Origin: Planctomycetota bacterium | GTDB lineage: Bacteria > Planctomycetota > UBA11346 | Reading direction: 5' to 3' | Assembly: GCA_027859175.1 (NCBI GenBank) | Contig: JAQIBG010000003.1 | Span: forward strand, 1 to 62,025 | DNA: 62,025 nucleotides | Part shown: piece by piece, positions 1-8,726 of the stretch | Numbering within the stretch: the stretch's first letter is position 1 | Layout of the letters: each line of letters begins with the position of its first letter | Translations under genes and position numbers: made by a program | The notes under the pieces: generated by a model | What the model saw: the letters and a program-made list of their open reading frames with translations, nothing else | What the model was told of the DNA's origin: nothing | Databases searched by the model: none

Positions 1-307
1 GGGGCGAATAGGCCGGCACCCGCACCACCGCAATCCCGAGTTGGCCCGCGCGGTCGAGATCAACGTTATTGAAACCGGCACAGCGCAAGGCCACCGCCCG
101 CACACCGACCGCAGCCAACTGGTTAAGCACGGGGGCATCGCAGTGGTCATTCACAAACACGCACACGGCGTCGTGGTCACGCGCCAGGATGGCGGTCTCC
201 GGTCGCAACGCCGCCTCGGTAAAATCGAGCTGATGATCGCTGCCCGCAGCGGCGGCTTCAAGAAAACGTCTATCATAGGGCTTGGTGCTGGTAACCAGAA
301 CGCGCAT
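1..307 (-). CDS. ldhA: D-lactate / D-isomer 2-hydroxyacid dehydrogenase, N-terminal 102 codons (gene continues past the left edge)
   Basis: The reverse complement from the ATG (307..305) reads MRVLVTSTKPYDRRFLEAAAAGSDHQLDFTEAALRPETAILARDHDAVCVFVNDHCDAPVLNQLAAVGVRAVALRCAGFNNVDLDRAGQLGIAVVRVPAYSP. This is colinear with the E. coli LdhA N-terminus as I remember it (AVCIFVNDD..PVLEEL..G.K.IALRCAGFNNVDLDAA..LG..VVRVPAY.P). It is absent from the ORF track because there is no stop codon in the window. Confidence 0.8.
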   Translation of the reverse strand, partial: MRVLVTSTKPYDRRFLEAAAAGSDHQLDFTEAALRPETAILARDHDAVCVFVNDHCDAPVLNQLAAVGVRAVALRCAGFNNVDLDRAGQLGIAVVRVPAYSP

Positions 308-402
308 GGCTGACCCTCCGTCGCAGGCAATGAAGGCTAGAGCGCAGCAACTGCGTGTACACCGATGTGTGTCGCAAGTGGCCGCGGCGATGCTATCTGG
401 CC

Positions 403-1311
403 ATGCGCCAAATCTCGACGGACCAACCACTCCGCACCCAGAAGGGCGCTGCGCGACGGCAAATCCACGCGCAACTCCCACGCCTTGGACTCATCGTTTC
501 CATGAGCCTTGTTGCCTGCGCCTATGGCGCCGACATCGAGGGCGAGTCGAGCTCTCCAGCCAAACGGCTCGACCCGCTGTGGCGCCGCACCCTTCCCTAC
601 GAGCCAACCTATATCCTCCTGGAGCCAGGGTTCGGCGACCGCCCTCACAACGCGAAGTTCCAGCTAAGCGTGGCATTCCAACTGCTCGGCGATCCGCTCG
701 ATGCCTCGCCCGATCTGGCCGTACGACCCGATGGTTTGTTCGTTGCCTACAGCCAGACCTCGTTCTGGGATCTGGAAAGCGAATCTGAACCCTTTTACGA
801 CACCAGTTATCGACCACAAATATTTTGGCACCAGTCGCTACCAGGCAGCGTCTTCAATAGCTCCGATCTCGCCATCGAAGCGGGCTATGCCCACGAGTCG
901 AACGGCCAAGCGGGTGCCGACTCGCGCGCCCTTAATGCACTGTTCGCGCGTCCGCTCTTCGCCTGGGAAATCGGCACCGGCTTTCTCAGGGTGGAACCGC
1001 GCGTCGTGCTCTACCTCAACGATTTACCCGACAACCCAGACCTTCCAGACTACCGCGGCCACCTCGACCTCACCGTGCTTGGCGGCACCACCGACGGATG
1101 GCAGTTGCGCGCGCAGGCACGCATGGCCGATGTCCTCGAATACAGCAGCCTGCAACTCGATCTGTCGCACCCCATTTCCGACTGGACCGGCGGCTGGCTC
1201 CACGGTTACGCGTACCTACAAAGCTACCTGGGATACAGCGAAAGCCTGCTCGGCTACGACCAACGCAGTGCACAACCGCGCCTCCTTGCTGGCTTCGGTA
1301 TCACTCGGTAA
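403..1311 (+). CDS. pldA: Outer-membrane phospholipase A (OMPLA)
   Basis: ORF 355..1311 carries OMPLA hallmarks: YEPTYIL, KFQLS, QTSFWDL and the catalytic HESNG. The ATG at 403 gives a signal-like N-terminus (RRQIHAQLPRLGLIVSMSLVACAYG/AD). The start is uncertain: GTG 355, ATG 403 or ATG 502. Confidence 0.8.
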   Translation: MRQISTDQPLRTQKGAARRQIHAQLPRLGLIVSMSLVACAYGADIEGESSSPAKRLDPLWRRTLPYEPTYILLEPGFGDRPHNAKFQLSVAFQLLGDPLDASPDLAVRPDGLFVAYSQTSFWDLESESEPFYDTSYRPQIFWHQSLPGSVFNSSDLAIEAGYAHESNGQAGADSRALNALFARPLFAWEIGTGFLRVEPRVVLYLNDLPDNPDLPDYRGHLDLTVLGGTTDGWQLRAQARMADVLEYSSLQLDLSHPISDWTGGWLHGYAYLQSYLGYSESLLGYDQRSAQPRLLAGFGITR

Positions 1312-1597
1312 TGCGCCCGCGCCCGCGCCACGCGCCTGGGCAGAGTGACGCGAATCGGAGCTCAACCGCACAATGCAGCGGATGACACCCCAGGTGCCGG
1401 GCGTGATCACGCGCCCACCGACACCGAGAAGACAGCGGAGCAGCTGCCTCCCTAGCGCTCCAGCTCGACAATAAAGACCGGCTGACCGGCAAGGACGCGG
1501 ATCACGAGCGCATTACACGGTCGTGTAGCAGGCAGACGGAGCTGATTGAATCAGAGTATAACCGGCCAACACGCACTAGACGTACAGGGAGCCGACC

Positions 1598-3550
1598 ATG
1601 CCCGCTCAGAGCCTGACCAGTCAGCTCATCGCCGAGCATCTCGTTGCGGGCAGCCCCACCGCTGGCACCGAGATCGCCCTGCGCATCGACCAGACGCTCA
1701 CCCAAGACGCCACCGGAACCCTGGTCATGCAGCAGTTCGCGCAACTCGGCCTACCGCGAGTCCTAACCGCGGTGTCGGCGCAGTACGTCGACCACAACCT
1801 CCTGCAGGTCGACCACCGCAACGCCGACGACCATGCCTTTTTACGCAGTGCCTGCCGCCGTTTTGGGGTCTGGTTCAGCCGCCCCGGCAACGGCGTCAGC
1901 CACCCGGTCCACATGCAGCGCTTGGGCCAACCGGGAGCGACCCTTCTCGGCAGCGACAGCCACACCCCCGCCGCCGGTGCGCTGGGCATGCTCGCCATTG
2001 GCGCTGGCGGCCTCGACGTGGCCCTGGCCATGGCCGGGCGTCCGTTCCATTTGCACATGCCGCACGTGCGGCGGGTGGTGCTGACCGGCCAACTGCCGCC
2101 TTGGGTCTCAGCCAAAGACGTGGTTCTGGAGCTGTTGCGACGCCACGGCGTCCGCGACGGCGTCGGCTGGATCTTCGAGTACGCCGGCGACGGCCTGGCC
2201 CAACTCGACGCCATGGATCGTCACGTGATTGCCAACATGGGCGCGGAGATGGGGGCCACCAGCAGCGTGTTTCCGGCCGACGCCGCCGTGCGTGCATTTC
2301 TTGAGCGCCAAGGCCGCGGCGAAGCATTCACCGAACGCACGGCCGATCCCTCGGCCAGCTACGATGCGGAAGAGGTGGTGGTGCTGGACCAGTTAGAGCC
2401 GCTCATCGCCTGCCCGTCCAGCCCAGGGAACGTGGTCCCGGTGCGCACGGTTGCCGGCCGCGAGATCCACCAAGCCTACATCGGTTCGTCAGCCAACCCA
2501 GGTCTGCGCGACCTGGTGGTGCCGGCGCTGATGGTGCGTGGTCGCCACATCGACCCGGCGGTGTCGTTCGATATCAATCCCAGCACCCGGCAGATGCTCG
2601 GTGAGCTCAGCCGCGGCGGCTGGCTCGACGATCTGATCAGCGCTGGCGCGCGCATCCATCAGGCCGGATGTAACGGTTGTATCGGTATGGGCCAGGCCCC
2701 CGCCACCGGCCGCAATAGCCTGCGCACTGTACCGCGCAATTTCCCAGGACGCTCCGGCACCATCGAGGACGCCGTCTACCTGTGCAGCCCCGAGACCGCC
2801 ACCGCCTCGGCCCTGCGCGGCGTCATCACCGATCCCAGAGACCTCGGCCCAGCACCGCCGCGCTTCAAACCGCCGGCACCGCTGACGGCCGACGACGCTC
2901 TGCTGGAAGCGCCACCCGCCGACGGCACGGCGGTCATTATCGAGCGTGGTCCCAACATCGTCGACCCGCCAAGTCTCGACGTTCTCCCCGCCGTGCTGAC
3001 GGCACCGGTACTGCTGGTCGCAGGTGACGACGTTTCCACCGACGAGATCCTGCCCGCCGGGGCCGAGGTCCTGCCGCTACGCAGCAATATCCCGGCAATC
3101 AGCCGCTACGCCTTCGCCCGCGTTGATGATGGCGCCGCGGCCCGCGCCATGGCCCGCGACCGCGCCCCCAGCGTGGTGGTGGCCGGCGCCAACTACGGTC
3201 AGGGCTCCAGCCGCGAGCACGCCGCCTTGGCGCCACGCTATCTCGGGGTGCGCGCGGTGCTCGCCGTCAGCTACGCCCGCATCCACGCGCAGAACCTGAT
3301 CAACTTCGGCATCCTGCCCTTGCGCTTCGCCGATCCGAGCCAGCACCAAGCCCTGGCGGCCGACGATGAACTGGTGTTCCCAGAACTGCGGCAGCGTCTG
3401 GACGCCGGCGAAGATATCGTGGCCGAGCGCCAGAGCGATGGCCTCGTGATAGCGCTGACCCACAACTTGAGTCGCGATCAGATCCGGGCGATCCTCGCCG
3501 GCGGCATGATCAACTTGGTGCGTGACGAACTTGGCATCGGGAGTAACTGA
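1598..3550 (+). CDS. Aconitase-family hydratase (about 650 aa, catalytic domains plus C-terminal swivel domain in one chain)
   Basis: GGGAG lies 7 nt upstream of the ATG. Motifs present: IDQTLTQDATG, LGSDSHT, GCNGCIGMG, and a swivel-domain signature GANYGQGSSREHAALAPRYLG..NFGILPL. Substrate (aconitate versus homo- or methyl-aconitate) cannot be told from the sequence alone. Confidence 0.85.
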   Translation: MPAQSLTSQLIAEHLVAGSPTAGTEIALRIDQTLTQDATGTLVMQQFAQLGLPRVLTAVSAQYVDHNLLQVDHRNADDHAFLRSACRRFGVWFSRPGNGVSHPVHMQRLGQPGATLLGSDSHTPAAGALGMLAIGAGGLDVALAMAGRPFHLHMPHVRRVVLTGQLPPWVSAKDVVLELLRRHGVRDGVGWIFEYAGDGLAQLDAMDRHVIANMGAEMGATSSVFPADAAVRAFLERQGRGEAFTERTADPSASYDAEEVVVLDQLEPLIACPSSPGNVVPVRTVAGREIHQAYIGSSANPGLRDLVVPALMVRGRHIDPAVSFDINPSTRQMLGELSRGGWLDDLISAGARIHQAGCNGCIGMGQAPATGRNSLRTVPRNFPGRSGTIEDAVYLCSPETATASALRGVITDPRDLGPAPPRFKPPAPLTADDALLEAPPADGTAVIIERGPNIVDPPSLDVLPAVLTAPVLLVAGDDVSTDEILPAGAEVLPLRSNIPAISRYAFARVDDGAAARAMARDRAPSVVVAGANYGQGSSREHAALAPRYLGVRAVLAVSYARIHAQNLINFGILPLRFADPSQHQALAADDELVFPELRQRLDAGEDIVAERQSDGLVIALTHNLSRDQIRAILAGGMINLVRDELGIGSN

Positions 3551-3551
3551 C

Positions 3552-4973
3552 ATGTCCCAGACCCGAATTGAGCACGACGCCCTTGGCCCAGTGGAGCTTG
3601 CCGTTGACGCAGCCTGGGGTGCCCAGACCCAACGCGCGGTTAATAATTTCCCAATCAGCGGCTACCGCCTACCGCGCGACGCGATCCGCGCCCTCGGCGC
3701 GATCAAGGCCGCGGCAGCACGGGCCCACAGCGCACTCGGTACCCTGCCAGCCGATCGCGCCAACGCGATCATCGCCGCTACCGAACAAGTCGAATCCGGC
3801 GCCCACGACGCTGCCTTCCCGGTCGACGTGTTTCAGACCGGCTCAGGCACCTCCAGCAACATGAACGCCAACGAGGTCATCGCGCGCTTGGCCAACCAAC
3901 TCGTTCCCGAACTCGATCCGCCGATCCACCCCAACGACGACGTCAACCGTGGCCAGAGCTCCAACGATGTGATCCCCAGCGCCGCTCGCTTGGCAACGCT
4001 GTGGGGTTTGCGCGAACACCTGATCCCGGCACTGACAGAGTTAAGTGCGGCCTTCGCCACCCAGGCCGCGCGCCATCGCGACGTCGTCACTGTTGGTCGC
4101 ACCCACCTGATGGATGCGGTGCCCATGACCTATGGCCAGATCTTCGGCGGCTACGCCAGCCAGCTGGCAGATTCCGTCGCGCGGCTGGAAGCCGCCACCA
4201 CCGACCTCGCCCTGCTGCCCTTGGGTGGCACCGCCGTCGGCACCGGGCTCAACGCCCCACCCGGCTTCGGTGACGCTGCCATCGCAACCCTGGCCGCCAG
4301 CACCGGCCTGGCCCTGAAACCGTGCCACAACCGCTTCGCCGCCCAGGGCGGCATCGACGCGCTGGTCCATGCCTCCGGCTGCCTGCGCGGCGCGGCGCTC
4401 ACACTCAGCAAACCGGCCGAGGATCTGCGGTGGTTGGCATCCGGCCCGCGCTTCGGCCTCGCCGAGATCCGCCTGCCGGCCTTGCAACCGGGCTCATCGA
4501 TCATGCCCGGCAAGGTCAATCCGGTCATTGAAGAAGCCGTGCTCCAGGTCTGCTGCCACGTCATCGGCGGCGACGCCGCTATCAGCGCCGCCGGCCTGAC
4601 CGGTCATTTCGCCCTTCACACCACCCTGCCCCTGCTGCTGTGGCAGTTGCCCGAACACTGCCGCATTCTGGCCAACGCTGCCACCACCTTCGCCGCGCGC
4701 AGCGTTAGCGGCCTGACGGTGGCCAGTGGCGACATCGCCGCCCGCCTTGCCCGCCACCCAGTCCTGGCCACGGCGCTGGTCCCACGCATCGGACACGAAG
4801 CCGCAGTCGCCATCGCCCAGGCCGCCGCCAGCGACAACCGCTCAGTCATCGACGTCGCCGCCGAGCATTGCGACATTCCGCGTGCCGAGCTCGAAGATCT
4901 GCTCGATCCACTCGCACTGGCGCATCCGCCAGGCTGGCCAGGCGGTCAGCAAGATTTTGTCAACCACACATGA
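3552..4973 (+). CDS. fumC: Class II fumarate hydratase (fumarase/aspartase superfamily)
   Basis: The ATG at 3552 lies 1 nt after the aconitase stop codon (3548..3550). Fumarase-like motifs: WGAQTQR, QTGSGTSSNMNANEV and the SS-loop GSSIMPGKVNP. The residues after the loop (VIEEAV) are intermediate between FumC and AspA, so the substrate assignment is moderate. Confidence 0.8.
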   Translation: MSQTRIEHDALGPVELAVDAAWGAQTQRAVNNFPISGYRLPRDAIRALGAIKAAAARAHSALGTLPADRANAIIAATEQVESGAHDAAFPVDVFQTGSGTSSNMNANEVIARLANQLVPELDPPIHPNDDVNRGQSSNDVIPSAARLATLWGLREHLIPALTELSAAFATQAARHRDVVTVGRTHLMDAVPMTYGQIFGGYASQLADSVARLEAATTDLALLPLGGTAVGTGLNAPPGFGDAAIATLAASTGLALKPCHNRFAAQGGIDALVHASGCLRGAALTLSKPAEDLRWLASGPRFGLAEIRLPALQPGSSIMPGKVNPVIEEAVLQVCCHVIGGDAAISAAGLTGHFALHTTLPLLLWQLPEHCRILANAATTFAARSVSGLTVASGDIAARLARHPVLATALVPRIGHEAAVAIAQAAASDNRSVIDVAAEHCDIPRAELEDLLDPLALAHPPGWPGGQQDFVNHT

Positions 4974-5161
4974 GATATAACCACGCCGGGCGCGATGAAC
5001 CAGCACCACCCAGCAACAAGTCACCAACGATAACCACTCGTCCGCACCCAGTGCAATGAAGACGAACACAGCCAGGGATCCCATCCATGTCCACACAACG
5101 CCACGGTCTGTCAATCGGTATCGAGCGCAGGCAGCAGGAAGCCGCCAAGACCACGCCCCGT

Positions 5162-5839
5162 TTACCCTTCGCCAGGACCTAGGATCGTCACCTGCAGAGC
5201 ACTTGTAATCATACCGATCTCGATCGCATGCCGGGTCAGACCCGCGATATCGTGGATGTCCAACTTGGCCATGAGGTGTTCACGATGCTTTTCGACCGTC
5301 TTGATGCTGATCGCAAGGCTGACCGCGATCGCCTTGTTGCCATGGCCTTCGGCGATCATCTGCAGCACCTCCCGCTCGCGCGTAGTCAAGCTAGCCATGG
5401 GTGTTCGGCGCATGCTCTCGGTACCCGGAGCCACTCGCCGCTCCTCGGCCATCGGCCTGATCCGTGATCGGCCGGCCAACGCATGGTGAATGGCTGCGCT
5501 CAGCTCTTCAACCGACGTCTGCTTCAATAGAAATCCAACAGCACCGGCAGCAATCGCCTGCTGAACGTAAGCGTCCTCGCCGTGGGCAGACAAGATCAGA
5601 ATCCGCGCCGCAGGCATGGCGGCCACGATCTGGCGCGTCGCCTCCAAACCGTTCAGCAGCGGCATCGCGATGTCCATAAGGACGACATCTGGGCGCAGAC
5701 TGATCGCGGCGGCAACGGCCGCGCGACCATCCCCCACCTCACCGATGACCTCGAAATCGGGATCGAGCCCGAGCAGTCTGCAAATGCCTTCGCGAACCAC
5801 GGCGTGGTCTTCAACCAAGAGGATCGAAATGGGTTTCAT
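5162..5839 (-). CDS. NarL/LuxR-family response regulator (REC + HTH)
   Basis: Starting from the internal ATG the product reads MKPISILLVEDHAVVREG...VVLMDIAMP (REC domain). The C-terminal part reads LTTREREVLQMIAEGHGNKAIAVSLAISIKTVEKHREHLMAKL (LuxR HTH). The ATG (5839..5837) overlaps the kinase stop codon as ATGA. Confidence 0.9.
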   Translation of the reverse strand: MKPISILLVEDHAVVREGICRLLGLDPDFEVIGEVGDGRAAVAAAISLRPDVVLMDIAMPLLNGLEATRQIVAAMPAARILILSAHGEDAYVQQAIAAGAVGFLLKQTSVEELSAAIHHALAGRSRIRPMAEERRVAPGTESMRRTPMASLTTREREVLQMIAEGHGNKAIAVSLAISIKTVEKHREHLMAKLDIHDIAGLTRHAIEIGMITSALQVTILGPGEG

Positions 5840-6993
5840 GGCTTGGCCCTGGGTGTGCGGTGTGCGGATAGCTTCACCACTGTGCCGGTCGCGACGGTAG
5901 CCGGGATGCCTGCAGACACCGTGGTGCCAAGCCCCCGCTTGGATTCGATGCCGAAGCACCCGCCGACCATCTCCAGACGCTCACGCATGCACAACAAGCC
6001 CAAGCGCCTGCTCTCGTTGCGCAGCGCGTGCCGAACCGAGAACGCTCGTCCGTCGTCTTGGATAGTCATGCTGAACCAGTCATCAAGGTGACGGATCTTG
6101 ACCTCAACCTTGCTGGCCTTGGCGTGGCGGGTGATGTTGGTCAAAGCCTCCTGAGCAACGCGAAACAGCACCGTTCGGCGGGTCATCCCCAGCTCCTCAA
6201 CGGAGGCACACACCGCCAGTCGAATGCGCAGCCCGGTACGGACGGTAATGTCATTCATCAGGTCTTTCAGTGCCGCAATCAAACCCAAGTCGTCAAGCAT
6301 CGCCGGCCGCAGCTCGCGAGCGAAGCGCTGCACGAAGGTCACCGACTCGGCCACCAGCTTCTGAGTCAGTGCGATGCTCTGGTCAAGGCTCTTGGCACTG
6401 CGCTCAGCCGTTGCCTTGAGGCTGGCAAGTTGAAGGTTGATGCTGGTTAAAGACTGGGCCATGACGTCGTGCAGCTCACGGCTGAGTTCCTTGCGCTCGT
6501 CCTCCTGCGCCAGCAGCATTCGGCGATACACTTCGCGCTGAGCCACCCCCAAACGCTCCGATTTCTCGCGGAGCTTGCGGTAGCGCTCGCGGCATGATTT
6601 CAGCGCACGCTCCGCCGCCTTGCGCGCACCGTTGTCACGGTCTTGGGCCTGCATTGATGTGGTCACCTGTTTACTTAGCGGGTCTCCCTTGAGCACCAAC
6701 TCGGCGACACGCCGGGCATCGCCGCCCCCAGAGCCAGCGCGCCGTCGTGGCACCATGGCGGCAGCGAGAAACAACACCGCGTGCTGCTTGGCCTTAAGCC
6801 GCTCCTTGCCTGATGGCATCCGCGCCATGACCTCGGCCAGGATCTGCTCGTGCGCCTGCACCAGCTTCAAGGCTGATAGCCCGGAACCGAGGCCGATGGC
6901 CGCCGAGATATCCGCATCCGCCCCAAGCCGCAGATGCTTAAGGAGCGCGTCACGATAACGCGGCAGTCGCAGACCCGGAAGAGCCTTCACCAT
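5836..6993 (-). CDS. Cytoplasmic HisKA_3-type sensor histidine kinase (no predicted TM segment; RsbU_N-like N-terminal domain)
   Basis: H-box EDERKELSRELHDVMAQSL (His codon at 6469..6471), followed by an HATPase_c region (QEALTNITRHAKAS ... DDGRAF ... GLLCMRERLEMVGG). No hydrophobic stretches are present. Confidence 0.85.
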   Translation of the reverse strand: MVKALPGLRLPRYRDALLKHLRLGADADISAAIGLGSGLSALKLVQAHEQILAEVMARMPSGKERLKAKQHAVLFLAAAMVPRRRAGSGGGDARRVAELVLKGDPLSKQVTTSMQAQDRDNGARKAAERALKSCRERYRKLREKSERLGVAQREVYRRMLLAQEDERKELSRELHDVMAQSLTSINLQLASLKATAERSAKSLDQSIALTQKLVAESVTFVQRFARELRPAMLDDLGLIAALKDLMNDITVRTGLRIRLAVCASVEELGMTRRTVLFRVAQEALTNITRHAKASKVEVKIRHLDDWFSMTIQDDGRAFSVRHALRNESRRLGLLCMRERLEMVGGCFGIESKRGLGTTVSAGIPATVATGTVVKLSAHRTPRAKP

Positions 6994-7508
6994 TTCTTCT
7001 CTGTGTCCGCAATACGCCGGGCTGCGGTCACCGATTGCTCGGCTTGGCGCCGCGTGCTGGCAATGTCATTAATCAGTTTCTCTGTGTCCACAGTAGCCTC
7101 CTGCTGCATGGCCGCCAACCGGACCCCGATGCCGAGTAACAGTTGCGCGATGTCATCATTCAACCACTGGCTGATATCGCGACGTTCCAACTCCTGGTCT
7201 ACCAGGATGCGGTAAGCAACGAGCTTCAGCTCACCACGGATTCTGATGGCATCAGCACTCAGCGGGGCCTGATGATCGTTCCCACCGTCAGCAAGCGGTG
7301 GGTCTTCCGCGCCGCTGGGCTCGCAGCGTGGCGGCCGTGAGCCTGGAATCTCAATTGAATCTACTGGCGCGGCATCGCGATTCGAGGTCTTTCCGACTTT
7401 GTCGATATCGCGCACATGCGGGGTCGCTTTTGAAGATCGCTTCATGGTACATCGCATCCGTCGCCTGGACCACAGGCCTCCTGGCCGCTCCGAAGGGGAT
7501 GACGACAT
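6987..7508 (-). CDS. DHp-only (HisKA_3-like) protein lacking the phospho-accepting His and the ATPase domain
   Basis: The C-terminal segment ELERRDISQWLNDDIAQLLLGIGVRLAAM aligns without gaps to the kinase segment EDERKELSRELHDVMAQSLTSINLQLASL. Asn (AAT, 7158..7160) sits at the His position. Its stop codon overlaps the kinase ATG (ATGGTGA). Third-position GC looks lower than in the neighbouring genes, so coding status is not certain. Confidence 0.55.
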   Translation of the reverse strand: MSSSPSERPGGLWSRRRMRCTMKRSSKATPHVRDIDKVGKTSNRDAAPVDSIEIPGSRPPRCEPSGAEDPPLADGGNDHQAPLSADAIRIRGELKLVAYRILVDQELERRDISQWLNDDIAQLLLGIGVRLAAMQQEATVDTEKLINDIASTRRQAEQSVTAARRIADTEKKW

Positions 7509-7657
7509 CCACCATCATCGGGCGTGCTGCGCCCAGCACGCATAGGGTATAGACCCCAGCATCCGACCCTGCGCGGATCGCTAAACTTGCCACCATGACG
7601 GTTCACAGCCGCGGCCACCCCGAAAGGCCGAAGGGCTGCATAGGGCAGGAGTTAGTC

Positions 7658-7777
7658 ATGATCAGTTTCGCTTCCCAAGCTGACCAGGGATACGTGATCG
7701 AACCCGCCCACACCCTGTCTGAACAACGCTCGTGTGACATCCACAACCTCCCCACCCATCACTATGAACGGAAATAA
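7658..7777 (+). CDS. Candidate 39-codon upstream ORF (MISFASQADQGYVIEPAHTLSEQRSCDIHNLPTHHYERK)
   Basis: AGGAG lies 6 nt upstream of the ATG at 7658. The TAA stop (7775..7777) ends 1 nt before the ATG of the DUF1328 gene. No recognisable family. Confidence 0.3.
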   Translation: MISFASQADQGYVIEPAHTLSEQRSCDIHNLPTHHYERK

Positions 7778-7778
7778 T

Positions 7779-7952
7779 ATGCTCTACTGGGCCTTCATCT
7801 TCTTCATCGTCGCCATCGTCGCCGGCATCTTTGGCTTCGGCGGCCTAGCCGACGACAGCGCGTACATCGCCAAGATCCTCGCCGTGGTCGGCATCTGTCT
7901 GGCGCTCATCTCCTTTCTGTTCCACACCAGGACCAGAAGGCGACGCGCCTGA
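7779..7952 (+). CDS. DUF1328 / UPF0391 small membrane protein
   Basis: MLYWAFIFFIVAIVAGIFGFGGLADDSAYIAKILAVVGICLALISFLF matches the remembered family pattern (MLRWALIFLVIALIAGVLGFGG.A..A..IAKILFF). Start taken at the internal ATG 7779. Confidence 0.7.
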   Translation: MLYWAFIFFIVAIVAGIFGFGGLADDSAYIAKILAVVGICLALISFLFHTRTRRRRA

Positions 7953-7976
7953 ATCGCTAGCTACGGCACGACCAAG

Positions 7977-8020
7977 CCCTGGAATCGGATCAACGATCAA
8001 GCGTCCATCCGATTCCAGGG
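7977..8020. terminator. Bidirectional hairpin between the convergent DUF1328 and dps genes
   Basis: Perfect 14-nt inverted repeat, ccctggaatcggat (7977..7990) and atccgattccaggg (8007..8020), with a 16-nt loop. There is no clear U-tract. Confidence 0.5.
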
Positions 8021-8076
8021 CCTTGCGTAGGGCCTTGCACACACAATACAGGGTCAACGGACCCGCGGCCCGGTGC

Positions 8077-8601
8077 TCAGTTCGGCGTCTCGGCGTGGGC
8101 AGAGACCATCCACAGCCACTTGCTGGTGTCGCGCGAGACGCCCGTGAAGAGGTCGGCCGTGTCTGGATCATCAAGGTCAAGCGCTTCATCAACCATGGTA
8201 CGAAGCTCATCGGCAAAAACAGTTAAGGCCTTGCAAACCGCATCAACATGGCTCGCGCCGTCGCGGATCGTGATCGGGTACTCCTTGAGACCAGACCATT
8301 GGGCCGCAACCCGGATGGTGCCCTCGGCGGTTCCACCGATTTGAACGATGCGCTCGGCGATCTGATCCACCGATGCCGCCACCGAGACCGAGACCCGATC
8401 GAAGAGCTCGTGCAGGCTAATAAAGGCGGGTCCTTTCACATTCCAATGGGCCTGCTTCATCTGCAGCTGCAAATCGATTGCGGTCGATAAGCGACGATTC
8501 ATCAGTGCGATGACCTGGATGTCATGGGACAGCTTCGGCTCGCTCGGCGCGACTTGATCAACGAGTACCGGGGCGGCCTGGGGGCTGGATGCGATTTTCA
8601 T
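8077..8601 (-). CDS. dps: Dps-family DNA-protection / ferritin-like protein
   Basis: From the internal ATG (8601) the product starts MKIASS. It contains LQMKQAHWNVKGPAFISLHELFD and a C-terminal DLFTGVSRDTSKWLWM, the typical Dps ferroxidase-site and helix pattern. Confidence 0.85.
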   Translation of the reverse strand: MKIASSPQAAPVLVDQVAPSEPKLSHDIQVIALMNRRLSTAIDLQLQMKQAHWNVKGPAFISLHELFDRVSVSVAASVDQIAERIVQIGGTAEGTIRVAAQWSGLKEYPITIRDGASHVDAVCKALTVFADELRTMVDEALDLDDPDTADLFTGVSRDTSKWLWMVSAHAETPN

Positions 8602-8726
8602 CCCCGAGACATACCGGAGACAAGCGACTAGGGGTATGGGGTGATAACCCCATCGAACGCGAGCGCGTCGTCGGCTACGCTGTGCGCTGAGCCCACGATC
8701 AGCGATCAGTACGGAAGGCCACACAC

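Noticed and set aside
4842-5114. 90-aa minus-strand ORF with a hydrophobic N-terminal half, in the fumC/regulator intergenic region
   Set aside because: Its 3' half runs antisense into the fumC coding region. No RBS and no family match.
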